The notes under the pieces: model-generated
Database searches by the model: none
Seen by the model: the letters and a program-made list of their open reading frames with translations, nothing else
What the model was told of the DNA's origin: nothing
Position numbers and translations under genes: made by a program
In this document: positions 53,103-63,505 of the stretch, piece after piece
Layout: each line of letters starts with the position of its first letter
How positions within the stretch are numbered: the first letter of the stretch is position 1
From: Candidatus Undivivens industriae
Lineage (GTDB): Bacteria; Omnitrophota; Gorgyraeia; Gygaellales; Profunditerraquicolaceae
Length of the DNA: 64,000 nt
Direction: 5' to 3'
Assembly (NCBI GenBank): GCA_012514745.1
Contig: JAAYZR010000010.1
Span: 1,401 to 65,400 of the forward strand

Positions 53103-54833
53103 TTATCCGGTTATTTCCCGCAACTTTTTTTGGCCGAATTCCTCTACTTCCCTGCCGGTGGAAAGGCTGAGAACTCTCCCGGCGAATTCCTTCGCTTCAT
53201 CAAGGTTCAAAGAACGTATTATGTATTTTACCTCCGGTATGCCCAGAGAAGGCATGCTGAATTCATCCAGCCCTAATCCCAGCAATAAAGGGACGAACGC
53301 GGGATCGCCGGCCATTTCCCCGCACATGCCGACTTTTATGCCGCGCTCATGAGCGGCGCTGATGACGCCTTGTATCATACGCAGCACCGCCGGATGGCTG
53401 GGTTCATAAAGATAGGCGACCTTTTCGTTCGTGCGGTCCACCGCCAGCGAATACTGGATCAGATCGTTCGTTCCTATGCTGAAAAAGTCGGCTTCTCTGG
53501 AAAGCAGGTCGGCGGTGATCGCCGCGGAAGGCACCTCGATCATAACCCCCACTTCTATATTATCGCTGAACGGCGTGCCTTCGCGCTTCAGTTCGTCTTT
53601 CGCTTCCTGCAGTATCCTGTTAGCCTGCCTAAGTTCTTCTATGCCGGAGATCATCGGATACATCAACCGAAGACTGCCGTGCACCGAGGCCCGCAGTATG
53701 GCGCGCAGTTGGACCTTGAATATGTCCGTCCTGGCGAGACAGAAGCGTATAGCCCTCCAGCCCAGGAAGGGCTGCATTTCGCGCGGGATAGCGAACTGCG
53801 AAAGGAATTTGTCGCCCCCCAGGTCGATGGTGCGGATCGTCACCGGATAAGGCTTCATCTCCTCCGCCACATATTTATACGCCTGGTAATGCTCCTCCTC
53901 GGAAGGCAGGTCTTTCCTGTTCATATAAAAAAACTCGGTCCTGTAAAGCCCTATGCCCTTTGCCCCGTGGGCCTTTACCGCGGGGATCTCTTCCGGGAGC
54001 TCTATATTGGCGTGTATCTCGACGCACTTGCCGTCCTGCGTGACCGCGTCGAAATCCTTGACGGCCAGGAATTTCTCCCCGATCCCCTGCAGTTTACGAT
54101 ACTCTTCCTGATACTCGGCGAGAGTTTCCTGGTCCGGTTCGAGGATGACGATACCGGTGCTCCCGTCGACGATAAGCATATCGCCGTTCTTTATCTTGGA
54201 CGTCGCCGTTTCTGTCCCGACGACAGCCGGGATCTCCAGCGATTTTGCCATAATGGCGGTATGCGAGGTCTTGCCGCCGATGTCCGTCACGAACGCGCTG
54301 ACGTTTTGCTTGTGCATGGCGGCGGTGTCCGAAGGGGAAAGGTCGTGCGCCACCACTATGACCTTTTCCGTGAGCCCTTCCAGCCATTTGCCTTTCTTGC
54401 CGAGCAGATTGCGCATTACGCGTTTGCTGACGTCGTTTATATCGGAGATGCGCTCCTTTATGTATTCGTCCTCTATGCGGGAGAAGACCTCGACGTATTT
54501 CTTCATCACCTCGAAAAAGATAAAGGCGACGTTGAAACGTTCTTTTTTCAGGCGGGAGATCACCTCTTCAATGAGCATGCGGTCTTCGAGCACCAGCAGG
54601 TGCGCGTCGAATATCTGCGCCTGCTCCTGTCCCATGTCGGCGGCGATCCGCTTCTGCAGTTCTATGATCTCCTTGCGGGTCTTGATCAGGGCCTCTTCGA
54701 AGAGCTGTATCTCATAGGGAATATCCTGCTGGGATATCTCCTTTTTGGGGATATCGAACTCTTCCTTGCCTATCCTGTAGGCCTTACCCACCACGATCCC
54801 TGGAGCCGCGGCTATTCCTTGAAGCTTTATCAT
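53103..54833 (-). CDS. ptsI: PTS enzyme I
   Basis: GGKTSHTAI (phospho-His), GLYRTEF, SIGTNDLIQY and CGEMAG motifs. Confidence 0.97.
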   Translation of the reverse strand: MIKLQGIAAAPGIVVGKAYRIGKEEFDIPKKEISQQDIPYEIQLFEEALIKTRKEIIELQKRIAADMGQEQAQIFDAHLLVLEDRMLIEEVISRLKKERFNVAFIFFEVMKKYVEVFSRIEDEYIKERISDINDVSKRVMRNLLGKKGKWLEGLTEKVIVVAHDLSPSDTAAMHKQNVSAFVTDIGGKTSHTAIMAKSLEIPAVVGTETATSKIKNGDMLIVDGSTGIVILEPDQETLAEYQEEYRKLQGIGEKFLAVKDFDAVTQDGKCVEIHANIELPEEIPAVKAHGAKGIGLYRTEFFYMNRKDLPSEEEHYQAYKYVAEEMKPYPVTIRTIDLGGDKFLSQFAIPREMQPFLGWRAIRFCLARTDIFKVQLRAILRASVHGSLRLMYPMISGIEELRQANRILQEAKDELKREGTPFSDNIEVGVMIEVPSAAITADLLSREADFFSIGTNDLIQYSLAVDRTNEKVAYLYEPSHPAVLRMIQGVISAAHERGIKVGMCGEMAGDPAFVPLLLGLGLDEFSMPSLGIPEVKYIIRSLNLDEAKEFAGRVLSLSTGREVEEFGQKKLREITG

Positions 54834-54837
54834 CTCT

Positions 54838-55101
54838 CTATTCCTCGGTATTTACTATCTTTTCCAGCTCGTTTAAAGCGTTCTCCGCGTCGTCGCCTTC
54901 AACCTCGATAACGATCTGCGTGCCGTTCTCAGCGCCCAGCATCAGGATGCCCATTATGGATTTACCGTTAACGGTCTCCTGGTCCCTGCGCACCGTCACG
55001 TGGGAATTGAACTTATTGGCTACCTGAACGAATAAAGCCGCGGGGCGGGCATGCAGCCCCTGTTTGTTCTTTACGGTAAGTTTTCTCTTTAAGTGTGCCA
55101 T
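54838..55101 (-). CDS. ptsH: Phosphocarrier HPr
   Basis: GLHARPA (His15) and NGKSIMGI (Ser46). Confidence 0.96.
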   Translation of the reverse strand: MAHLKRKLTVKNKQGLHARPAALFVQVANKFNSHVTVRRDQETVNGKSIMGILMLGAENGTQIVIEVEGDDAENALNELEKIVNTEE

Positions 55102-55122
55102 ATCTATCGTCCCCGCAGCCGC

Positions 55123-56385
55123 TTATTCCTCAATCGTATCTATGATAAGCCTGGACAGCCTCGAAGTGTCGTGCCTGATCAAACTTTCCGCCAGCGCTAT
55201 TTCGTCTTCTATCACCCTGTATCCCATCTTGTGCACATTCTCCCTGTCGTTTATGACCGGGAAGGCGTTCATCTGGGTATATCTCCTCAATATCTGCGCC
55301 GGGATCTCTCCGGTATTGACCACGCAGTAATTAAGGATGCCCGGGTGGCTGTGCCTCACGAGGGTCTTGACGTGGTCCGAGAGCCTGTAATTATCGGTCT
55401 CTCCGGGTTGTGTCATCACGTTGCAAACGTATATCTTGACGGCTTCCGAAGCCACGATCGCAGAGGTGATCTCTTTTATCAGGAGATTCGGTATGATACT
55501 GGTATATAAAGAACCCGGCCCGAGTATTATCAACTGGGCTTCCTCTATTGCCCGCAGGGCTTCCGGCGTTGCCTGGGGATTGTCCGGCCTAAGCCTGACT
55601 TCCCTGATAGGCATACGGGCCTTGGGTATCTTGTCTTCCCCCACCGTGATGGAACCGTCCTGGTATTCGGCGGCCAGCACCACATTGGTCAAAGTCGAAG
55701 GAATGACCTGCCCGCGCAAAGCCAGAACCTTGCTGGTTTCCTTTATGGCCTTCTCGAAGTCCCCCGTGACCCTGGTCATCGCCGTGATGAACAGATTGCC
55801 GAAACTGTGCCCGGACAATTCCGAGGACTTGTCGAAACGGAACTGAAAAAGGTCCCGCATCAGCGCAGGCGCGTCCGCCAGCGCAACCAGACAATTCCGT
55901 ATATCGCCCGGAGGCAGGATGTCGAACTGCTGTCTTAATCTGCCGGAAGACCCGCCGTCGTCGGCCACGGTAACTATCGCAGTGATGTTGGAACTGTATT
56001 CCTTTAGCCCGCTCAAGAGCACGGAAAGTCCGGTCCCTCCGCCGACCGCCACGATCTTCGGCCCGCGGGAGAGCTGCTTACGCTGGTAGAGCAGATCGAC
56101 GAGTTCCGTATCCCTGGAAGACGGGACGAACACGCTCACCAAAGAACGGACCAGGCGTTTTACGCTGAGGATGAGGATTACGATGCCGCAGAACACGGTG
56201 ACCGCGTCGAACGCCCTTATCAGCCAGTATTCGGCGCTGCGGAAGCGCAGAGCGCCGGCCATAAGCAGGCAGACCGCAAAACTGGCCAGCCCTATCCACC
56301 GTTTTATCCCCATGCCCGGGTAGAACCATTTCAGAAAAGCCCCGGCCTTGGGATTGAGGTAGCTCACTTCAAATCTTTTTTTCAT
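55123..56385 (-). CDS. YvcK/GlmR (CofD-related) protein with N-terminal TM segments
   Basis: GGGTG, DDGGSSG, PPGDIRN, HSFGN, GPGSLYTS and MTQPGET motifs. Confidence 0.92.
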   Translation of the reverse strand: MKKRFEVSYLNPKAGAFLKWFYPGMGIKRWIGLASFAVCLLMAGALRFRSAEYWLIRAFDAVTVFCGIVILILSVKRLVRSLVSVFVPSSRDTELVDLLYQRKQLSRGPKIVAVGGGTGLSVLLSGLKEYSSNITAIVTVADDGGSSGRLRQQFDILPPGDIRNCLVALADAPALMRDLFQFRFDKSSELSGHSFGNLFITAMTRVTGDFEKAIKETSKVLALRGQVIPSTLTNVVLAAEYQDGSITVGEDKIPKARMPIREVRLRPDNPQATPEALRAIEEAQLIILGPGSLYTSIIPNLLIKEITSAIVASEAVKIYVCNVMTQPGETDNYRLSDHVKTLVRHSHPGILNYCVVNTGEIPAQILRRYTQMNAFPVINDRENVHKMGYRVIEDEIALAESLIRHDTSRLSRLIIDTIEE

Positions 56386-56839
56386 CCTCTTGGCTGATTA
56401 TGCGGATAATCGCTTTATCGTCGGCGCAAGAACGCAGGCTGTCTCTAAAATATTTGTCTTTCAGCAGGCGGGAAATTCTTGCCAGGGCCTTCAGGTGCGG
56501 TCCGGCAGAATCCTGCGGGGCAAGCAGCAGGAAAAATATGTATGCAGGTTCCCCGTCGAGAGAATCAAAATCTATACCCTTGCGCGATAAGGCGAAAGCC
56601 GCGACCAGTTTCTCTACGCAGTCGCATTTCGCGTGAGGGATAGCCACTCCCTGTCCGATGGCGGTGGAGCCGAGCGCTTCCCTGGCCATGAGCGCTTCGC
56701 AAAGCTTGGCGCGATGGCGCTTGTCAACTTCTCCGGCTTCGACCAGGGCGTCCACCATCTCCTTTATCACATCTTCCTTCTTGACGGATTTTATGTCGGT
56801 AAGTATCGCTTTTTGAGACAGAAACTCGAGTATTTTCAT
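56369..56839 (-). CDS. ptsN: PTS IIA (Fru/Ntr-like) component
   Basis: REALGSTAIGQGVAIPH, FDSLDG and HLKAL motifs; start ATG 56839 (the ORF-track extension runs into tRNA-Gly). Confidence 0.9.
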   Translation of the reverse strand: MKILEFLSQKAILTDIKSVKKEDVIKEMVDALVEAGEVDKRHRAKLCEALMAREALGSTAIGQGVAIPHAKCDCVEKLVAAFALSRKGIDFDSLDGEPAYIFFLLLAPQDSAGPHLKALARISRLLKDKYFRDSLRSCADDKAIIRIISQEDEKKI

Positions 56840-56950
56840 TCTTCCTTCTCCTTTAGGATTCAACCTTGGACCCCGGCGCAGTATGCCGCGATCAAGATTA
56901 TATACTGAAAACCAGAAAACAGCGCCGCTTATGCGCGCCGGCGGATGGAA

Positions 56951-57027
<77 letters not shown>

Positions 57028-57195
57028 AAATCATCCGCAGTGCCGCATCATACGGGCCGCTTTACTTTAAGATTGTCAATTTGAAACACCGCGAAGGGCG
57101 CGGTTTCAGCGCCGTCGAAGTATAATAAACCCGTCACCGAATAAAATCAATACCGTTTTTACGACGGCGCACTGTTCCACCCTTTAAAAAGAAAA

Positions 57196-57277
57196 TGGGC
57201 GGAAGAGGATTTGAACCTCCAAGGGTTGCCCCAGCAGCTCCTAAGGCTGCCGCGTCTGCCAATTTCGCCATCCGCCC
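57196..57277 (-). tRNA. tRNA-Leu(TAG), CCA not encoded
   Basis: GGGCGGA acceptor stem, GCAGC-CTTAGGA-GCTGC anticodon arm, long variable arm, TTCAAAT T-loop. Confidence 0.94.
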
Positions 57278-57309
57278 GTAGTGCGGTTCTTTAAACAGCG
57301 CGCAGAGCC

Positions 57310-57710
57310 CGCCAAAGTTTCAGTGGCGGACGGCCTGATCCCGATTCTCGATTATCAGAAAGTTATGTAACAATTTAGTAGTTTCTGCGCGAACTCTGTT
57401 CGAAAGACACGCCCCCGGCACGCCGGCCGGCGGTCACGGTGTAACGAGCGTATTGTTTTACGTCTTGGGCATGAAGCAAGGCGTTAAAAGAACTTTCCGT
57501 GCCCGGCCGTTCTTAACTCCGCGCTCCCTGTTCAAGACTTGTACAATAATGGTGAGCCACCCGCGACTCGAACGCGGCACACCCACCTTAAAAGGGTGGT
57601 GCTCTACCGGATGAGCTAGTGGCCCGGAAAACCTGTCAAATTGGATATCCCCGGTCTAAAAACAAATAAAATACCGGCAGCGGCTTATGTCCGCCACTGA
57701 AACTTTGGCG
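57310..57710. repeat. Perfect 22-bp inverted repeat pair (57310-57331 and 57689-57710) flanking tRNA-Lys
   Basis: CGCCAAAGTTTCAGTGGCGGAC / GTCCGCCACTGAAACTTTGGCG. Confidence 0.85.
57550..57625 (-). tRNA. tRNA-Lys(TTT)
   Basis: GGGCCAC acceptor stem, CCACC-CTTTTAA-GGTGG anticodon arm, TTCGAGT T-loop, encoded CCA. Confidence 0.95.
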
Positions 57711-57787
57711 AGACTAAAATAAGGGTATCGTAACCGGGAAACGACAACCGGGGATTTCTACCGGCATTCGCTGATTCTGCGCTGCGC

Positions 57788-58348
57788 TCAAGATTCCAAT
57801 ACTTCTTTTTCCTTAGACTTAAGCAATTCGTCTATCTTGGCGATATACTTATCTACGGCTTTCTGCAATTCTTCCGCCGCCCTGAATTTGTCGTCCTCGC
57901 TGATCAACTTGTCCTTTTCGCTTTTTTCAAGGGCTTCTTTGGCGTCGCGCCTGACCGTGCGCAGCGAAACCCGCCCCTCCTCCGCCATCTTATGCACCAC
58001 CTTGGCGAGTTCCTGCCTTCGTTCCTTGGAAAGCTGCGGAATGGAAAGCCTGACCACCTTGCCGTCGTTGCAGGGCTGGATACCGAGACTGGATTTCGCG
58101 ATGGCTTTCTCTATCTCCGTTATCGCCGAAATGTCCCAGGGCTGGATCATTATCATGTGGGGATCGGGAACGGTTATGGACGCCAACTGCTTCATCAAAG
58201 TAGGCGTGCCGTAATAATCCACGTGCAGGCCTTCCACCATGCCCGGACTCGCCCTGCCGGTCCTGATTTCGGAAAATTCCCTTGTTACCGACTCCAGCGC
58301 CTTCTTTAACTTATCTTCAGCCCCGTGCAATATTTCTTTAGTGGTCAT
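57788..58348 (-). CDS. frr: Ribosome recycling factor
   Basis: IRTGRA, YYGTPT, QPWD, ERRQEL and RTVRRD motifs. Confidence 0.97.
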   Translation of the reverse strand: MTTKEILHGAEDKLKKALESVTREFSEIRTGRASPGMVEGLHVDYYGTPTLMKQLASITVPDPHMIMIQPWDISAITEIEKAIAKSSLGIQPCNDGKVVRLSIPQLSKERRQELAKVVHKMAEEGRVSLRTVRRDAKEALEKSEKDKLISEDDKFRAAEELQKAVDKYIAKIDELLKSKEKEVLES

Positions 58349-58400
58349 CGCATCCCCCGTTCGCTGCCCGGACAGGCACAAACGAATATTTTCCGCCTGT

Positions 58401-59129
58401 TCAGCTTACTATCGTGCCGATTCTTTCTCCCAAAACTACCTTCCTGATATTACCTTCTTTGTTCATATTAAAAACCACGATGGGAAGTTTATTATCCATA
58501 CAGAGGCTTACCGCGGTATTATCCATCACCTTAAGCCCTTTTTTCAGGACATCCAGATATTTAAGGCTTCCGAATTTCTTGGCTCCCCGGGTCTTCAGGG
58601 GATCGGCGGAATAGACGCCGTCAACCTTCGTCGCCTTCAATATCGCTTCGGCGTGTATTTCCATCGCCCTTAAAGCCGCGGCGGTATCCGTGGTAAAATA
58701 AGGATTGCCGGTCCCGGCCACGAAGATCACTATCCTGTTCTTTTCCAAATGCCTGATAGCGCGCCGCCTTATATAAGGCTCGGCCACCCTCTGCATCTCT
58801 ATCGCCGTCATCACCCTGGTCGGAACACCGGATATTTCAAGCGCGTTCTGAAGCGCCAGGCCGTTGATAACCGTGGCCAGCATTCCCATATAATCGGCAA
58901 CGGCGCGGTCCATATTAAGGCCGCGCGAATGGGAATTCTCCCGCCCGCGGAAAATATTGCCTCCCCCCAGAACCACGGCGACCTGGACACCCATAGCCCG
59001 TAATTCCGTGAGCTGGCCGGCCAAAGAAACCAGGACCCTGCTGTCTATTCCATGACTGCCGCCGCCCTGCAAAGCCTCTCCGCTGAGCTTCAGCACTATC
59101 CGTTTATAAACGGCCTGGGGTATTTTCAT
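58401..59129 (-). CDS. pyrH: UMP kinase
   Basis: [22 protein letters not shown] and GNPYFTTD motifs; start ATG 59129 overlaps the tsf stop. Confidence 0.97.
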   Translation of the reverse strand: MKIPQAVYKRIVLKLSGEALQGGGSHGIDSRVLVSLAGQLTELRAMGVQVAVVLGGGNIFRGRENSHSRGLNMDRAVADYMGMLATVINGLALQNALEISGVPTRVMTAIEMQRVAEPYIRRRAIRHLEKNRIVIFVAGTGNPYFTTDTAAALRAMEIHAEAILKATKVDGVYSADPLKTRGAKKFGSLKYLDVLKKGLKVMDNTAVSLCMDNKLPIVVFNMNKEGNIRKVVLGERIGTIVS

Positions 59130-59650
59130 GCTCCGATCTTGTATCTGGCGAACCGGCGTATCATTATGTTCTCGCGGAACTTGGCCAGCAAAGCCGCCAT
59201 ATAGTCGTTTATCGTCATACCCGGATCCTTGATGAACGGCTGCTCGAGAAGGCAGTGGTTTTTGTAATAAGCCGCCTTGTCGTGCTCCTGGGAAATGATC
59301 TCCTCGGGAACATCTTCTCTCTTTATATAAGACGGATTGCAGGCCGCGATCTGCATTGCCAGGTCTTTGGTGAATTGGCAGAACTCGGCGTTGCGGGCCA
59401 CGAAATCGGTTTCGCACACCACTTCCAGCAGCACCCCGATCTTGTTGCCGTTATGGATATACGCTTCCACCCTGCCTTCCTTAGCCGCCCGATCCTGTTT
59501 ATTGGAAGCTATCTCCAGCCCCCTTTTACGCAATAGGGTCACCGCCTTATTCAGGTCGCCTTCCGCTTCCTCAAGGGCCTTCTTGCAGTCAGCCACGCTG
59601 GCAAAAGTCATATTTCTCAAATCTTTCAACTGTTCTAACGATATCTTCAT
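59126..59650 (-). CDS. tsf: Elongation factor Ts (short form)
   Basis: [32 protein letters not shown] and LLEQPFIKD motifs. Confidence 0.95.
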   Translation of the reverse strand: MKISLEQLKDLRNMTFASVADCKKALEEAEGDLNKAVTLLRKRGLEIASNKQDRAAKEGRVEAYIHNGNKIGVLLEVVCETDFVARNAEFCQFTKDLAMQIAACNPSYIKREDVPEEIISQEHDKAAYYKNHCLLEQPFIKDPGMTINDYMAALLAKFRENIMIRRFARYKIGA

Positions 59651-59655
59651 CGGAA

Positions 59656-60546
59656 TTACGCCTTTCTTTTATTCTTATCTTCGACCGGCTTGATGCGGGA
59701 CTTCTTTGCCGCTTTAGCTTCCGCGCTCTCCGGTGTCGTGCTCTCGATCAGTTCCTCGATCTCCTTGATCTTGACTTCTTCTTCCGGTTTCACCGCCGGT
59801 TCATCAAGGGCCGCCTGCTGGGCAACGTTCTTCAAAGCCTCCTGATCGGAAAGATAAGAAAGGAATTTCTGCCTGCCTTCCACCACGGCTTCCGCCAGCA
59901 TACTCACGATCACCTTGATGGACTTGGTGGCGTCATCATTCCCGGGTACCGGATAATCGATGGGCGTCGGATCGGAATTGGTATCCACCAGGGCGATTAT
60001 CGGGATACCGAGCTTCAATGCCTCGAGTACTGCCGTATCTTCCTTGTTCGTGTCTATGACTACTACGGCGGCCGGCATCTTCTCCATATTCACGATCCCG
60101 GAGAAGTTCTTCCTGAGCTTCAAGCACTCTTTCTCCAGCCGGGAGACCTCTTTCTTGGTGAGCTTCTCGAACGTCCCGTCAGTGCGCATCTTATCGATTT
60201 CCTTGAGGCGCTTGATGCTCTTTTTAACCGTGGCAAAATTGGTAAGCATACCGCCCGGCCATCTTTCCGTAACGTAATACATCCCGCAGCGCGCCGCATC
60301 CTGGAACACGACTTCCTGGGCCTGTTTCTTTGTCCCGACGAACAGAATCATCTCCCCTTTAGCCGCGGACTCCATCAGGAATTCCCTGGCTCTGTCAAGG
60401 CACTCGCTGGTCTTTTCCAGGTCTATAATGTAGATCCCGCTGCGCTGTCCGAAGATGAACTTCTTCATCTTGGGGTTCCAGCGGGACGTCTTATGACCGA
60501 AATGCACCCCTGCTTCAAGTAACTGCTTTATGGTTTCCGTTGACAA
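59656..60546 (-). CDS. rpsB: 30S ribosomal protein S2
   Basis: LLEAGVHFGH, WNPKM, FVGTK, RWPGGMLTN and PGNDD motifs; TTG start with AGGAGG RBS. Confidence 0.98.
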   Translation of the reverse strand: MSTETIKQLLEAGVHFGHKTSRWNPKMKKFIFGQRSGIYIIDLEKTSECLDRAREFLMESAAKGEMILFVGTKKQAQEVVFQDAARCGMYYVTERWPGGMLTNFATVKKSIKRLKEIDKMRTDGTFEKLTKKEVSRLEKECLKLRKNFSGIVNMEKMPAAVVVIDTNKEDTAVLEALKLGIPIIALVDTNSDPTPIDYPVPGNDDATKSIKVIVSMLAEAVVEGRQKFLSYLSDQEALKNVAQQAALDEPAVKPEEEVKIKEIEELIESTTPESAEAKAAKKSRIKPVEDKNKRKA

Positions 60547-60776
60547 CTTTACTCCTCCTTGCTCGCCGCCTTCACCTGCCCGGGGGCAGCCCGCGTTTCA
60601 GCTTGCGGGATGTAGGAAAGGCTTTGTTAGGATTTTATCCCCACATTGTCTTTGCTTCAATCCGCCGCGCCGGCTTTCAGCCGCCGCGGATTTCTGTTTT
60701 TTGACGGGATAAGCGTGTTTTTCCGCCTGATTCCCAAATTAAACTGTTATTTTAACACAAAAACCCTTTTATGCAA
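60547..60776 (-). promoter_or_regulatory. rpsB promoter and long structured 5' leader (possible S2 autoregulatory site)
   Basis: TTGCAT-16 nt-TAAAAT at 60749-60776; the ~195-nt leader contains GC-rich hairpins. Confidence 0.5.
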
Positions 60777-60830
60777 TAAAAAATTTTTTGTTCCGGGGAC
60801 ACAATACTTAACTCTTTCACACTGGTGAAC

Positions 60831-61070
60831 ACCTACCTCTCCTTTAAAGGCAGGGTGTTCCCCGTAAGGGAACACTTGCCCAATTCCCCACAAGGACAGG
60901 GTGTTATCCCGAGGGGAACACTTGCCCAATTCCCCGCAAGGGCAAGGTGTTATTCCCATAGGCTAAGGTATAACACACAAGTGTATACTTAGCCATCCTA
61001 TTGGCTAAAGTACAACCCGGGTTAAAACCCGGTGATTTCTGGGCGAAGGGAAAAGATCTGTAAAAACCGG
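60831..61070. repeat. Multi-hairpin repeat, copy 1 (downstream of msbA; contains an internal ~46-bp tandem duplication)
   Basis: Direct-repeat homology to 62975-63160; palindromes GGCAGGGTGTTCCCCGTAAGGGAACACTTGCC, GGCTAAGGTATAACAC..GTGTATACTTAGCC and ACCCGGGTTAAAACCCGG. Confidence 0.9.
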
Positions 61071-61128
61071 AGAGCTCTGCGGTTTGAGGAAACCCCATAA
61101 CCCGATACCAAAGAACTGCCTTTTATTA

Positions 61129-62919
61129 TCACTCCGCTAATTCCTGCATCCGGCAAAGCCTGTTGTACAGGCCTTTGTTCTTTATCAATTCTTCGTGCGT
61201 GCCGATCTCAACGATCCTGCCGTTCTCAAGCGCGATTATCCGGTCTGCGTGGCGCACCGTGGAAAGCCTGTGCGCGATAAGCAAAACCGTACGCCCGCTT
61301 ATCAGACGGTCTATCGCCTGCTGAACCAGTCTCTCCGATTCTGCGTCCAGTTGGGAAGTAGCTTCATCCAGGATCAGTATAGGCGGATTCTTAAGCAGGG
61401 CCCTGGCGATCGCCAGCCTCTGCCTTTCTCCGCCGGAAATCATCATACCGCGGTCGCCTATCACAGTATCGTAGCCCTTGGGAAAACGCATGATGAAATC
61501 ATGCGCGCAGGCCTGTGTGGCCGCCGCGATGACCTGTTCAAAAGATGCTTGAGGCTGGCCGTAGGATATGTTGGCTTTAATGGTATCGTTGAAAAGTATG
61601 GTCTCCTGGCTCACTATACCTATATTGCTTCGCAAAGAAACGATGCTGAAGTCCCTGATGTCCCTGCCGTCTATCAATATAGAACCCTGCTGGGGGTCAT
61701 AAAAACGCGGCAGCAAATCCAGCAAAGTGGTTTTGCCTGCCCCGCTGGGGCCTACGACCGCCACGACCTCACCTTTAGAGACCTTGAAACTAACGTTGTC
61801 TATGACCTTTTTCTTGTCGTAGGCGAAATGCACGCCGTTAAATTCTATTCTTTGTGCCAGCCCCCGCATTTCAACAGCCCCCGGTTTTTCCGCGATGGAA
61901 GGGACGGCGTCCAGCACTTCGTATATACGGATGCCGGCGGCAACCGCCTGCTGGTTAAGGGAATTAACGGCGCTGAGCTTCTTGAACGGCCTGATCAAAG
62001 AGAGTAAAGAAGCCAAAAAAAGCCCCAGGATACCGAAAGAGAGCTTGCCGGCTATCACCTCCCTGCCTCCCCAGAAAAATACGAACACCCCGGCCAGGCA
62101 TCCCAAAAACTCCGTGGCCGGGCTCAAAATGAGCGTCCGTTTTATCGACTTCATGGAGATACGGAAATAATCCTGGTTGGCGGCGGCAAACCGTTTCTTC
62201 TCGTATTCTTCCATGTTGAACGCCTTGACTATCCGCGCGCCGATTATCGTTTCGTAAAGCAAGGAATTTATGTCGGCCATCTTCTCCTGCCCCCGCCGGG
62301 AAAGTTTACGGAGGACCCGCCCGACCTTTATTATAGGAAAACTGATAAGCGGGCAGATCACCAGTATTATCAAAGCGAGCTTCGCGTAGATGAAAAACGC
62401 CATTACCGCGAAAATCACTACCTGCAGGCTCTGATATACCAGGTCCGTGGAACCGTAAGAAACGGCGTTCTCCACCAGCCTGACGTCGTTGGTTATACGG
62501 GAGATCATCTCGCCGCCGCGTTTATGCGTGAAGTAATCCAGCGAAAGCGAGTGGAACTTGGAATAAAGAAGCGACCGGATATCCCTTATCACTCTTTGTC
62601 CGAGATCGGACATAAGATAACTCTGCAGAAAGGTAAAAACCTCTTTGAGAAAAAAAAGCACAATGATGAAAACAGCCAGATAATTGAGCAGGGTCTGCTG
62701 AGGCATCCCGTTCAGCATCACGACGAAATCGGCCAGAAAACCCGGGACTTTCCCGGGCAAAACGATCTGTTTGTTCGTCATCACCTTATCCGCCAGCGGC
62801 ACCATCATCGCCAGCGATACCCCGTCGAAAAGAGCGGAAATCGCCATGCAGAATACCGCCGCCGTAAAAAGCGCCCAGTAAGGTTTTACGAAACGAAACA
62901 GCCTTAAATAATCTCTCAT
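61129..62919 (-). CDS. msbA: MsbA-like ABC exporter (permease + ATPase)
   Basis: N-terminal ABC TM domain; GPSGAGKT, ISGGERQR and LDEATS motifs; next to lpxB; start ATG 62919 (the ORF-track extension runs through the repeat). Confidence 0.85.
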   Translation of the reverse strand: MRDYLRLFRFVKPYWALFTAAVFCMAISALFDGVSLAMMVPLADKVMTNKQIVLPGKVPGFLADFVVMLNGMPQQTLLNYLAVFIIVLFFLKEVFTFLQSYLMSDLGQRVIRDIRSLLYSKFHSLSLDYFTHKRGGEMISRITNDVRLVENAVSYGSTDLVYQSLQVVIFAVMAFFIYAKLALIILVICPLISFPIIKVGRVLRKLSRRGQEKMADINSLLYETIIGARIVKAFNMEEYEKKRFAAANQDYFRISMKSIKRTLILSPATEFLGCLAGVFVFFWGGREVIAGKLSFGILGLFLASLLSLIRPFKKLSAVNSLNQQAVAAGIRIYEVLDAVPSIAEKPGAVEMRGLAQRIEFNGVHFAYDKKKVIDNVSFKVSKGEVVAVVGPSGAGKTTLLDLLPRFYDPQQGSILIDGRDIRDFSIVSLRSNIGIVSQETILFNDTIKANISYGQPQASFEQVIAAATQACAHDFIMRFPKGYDTVIGDRGMMISGGERQRLAIARALLKNPPILILDEATSQLDAESERLVQQAIDRLISGRTVLLIAHRLSTVRHADRIIALENGRIVEIGTHEELIKNKGLYNRLCRMQELAE

Positions 62920-62974
62920 ATTGTTAAGAAAAATGTGGTTCCCCGGACTGATTCCTGACAAGCCTTGGTAACCA

Positions 62975-63160
62975 ACCTGCCTCTCCTTCAAGGCAAGGTG
63001 TTCCCCGCAAGGGAACACTTGCCCAATTCCCCACAAGGGCAAGGTGTTATTCCTATTGGCCAAGGTATAACACAGCGGTGTATACTTGGCCTTCCGATAG
63101 GCCAAGGTACAACCCGGGTTTTAACCCGGGGATTTATGGGCAAGGGGATTAAAAAACCGG
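62975..63160. repeat. Multi-hairpin repeat, copy 2 (upstream of msbA)
   Basis: Same unit order as copy 1, with compensatory substitutions in the stems. Confidence 0.9.
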
Positions 63161-63505
63161 GAAATGGTATCGTCCCCCGGCATCATCACGAACATATAGC
63201 TAAAATATACTAACACACTACCTTCCGGCTGTCGAGAAATAAAACCAAATAGAATTGGGGAGTAGAACATAGCCGATATGGGGTAAAAATAAGGCCTCAA
63301 GAACTAAAGAAAGTGAAGCCGAATATTTTTATCGAGTCCCCGCATATACTCCCGGCCTCGCGCACTGTTCTATCTTCCTGAACTCTATCTTATTCACTTA
63401 TCGCCCCAAGCTGTCCGTTCCGGACGGATGAAACTTTCCCCGCCGCGAAGGATAACGGCCGAAGCTCCTTTTTCCCCCGGCTTTTCCCCCGGCGGCAAAA
63501 TACAT

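Noticed and set aside
59126-59650. Short EF-Ts as a truncated pseudogene
   Set aside because: Short dimeric EF-Ts forms are established (e.g. Thermus), and the motifs and operon context are intact.
60747-61098. CRISPR array or small ORFs (70 aa and 64 aa) in the msbA-flanking repeat
   Set aside because: The units alternate in orientation, linkers are short and conserved rather than unique spacers, and there are no cas genes. The ORFs are translations of the repeat.
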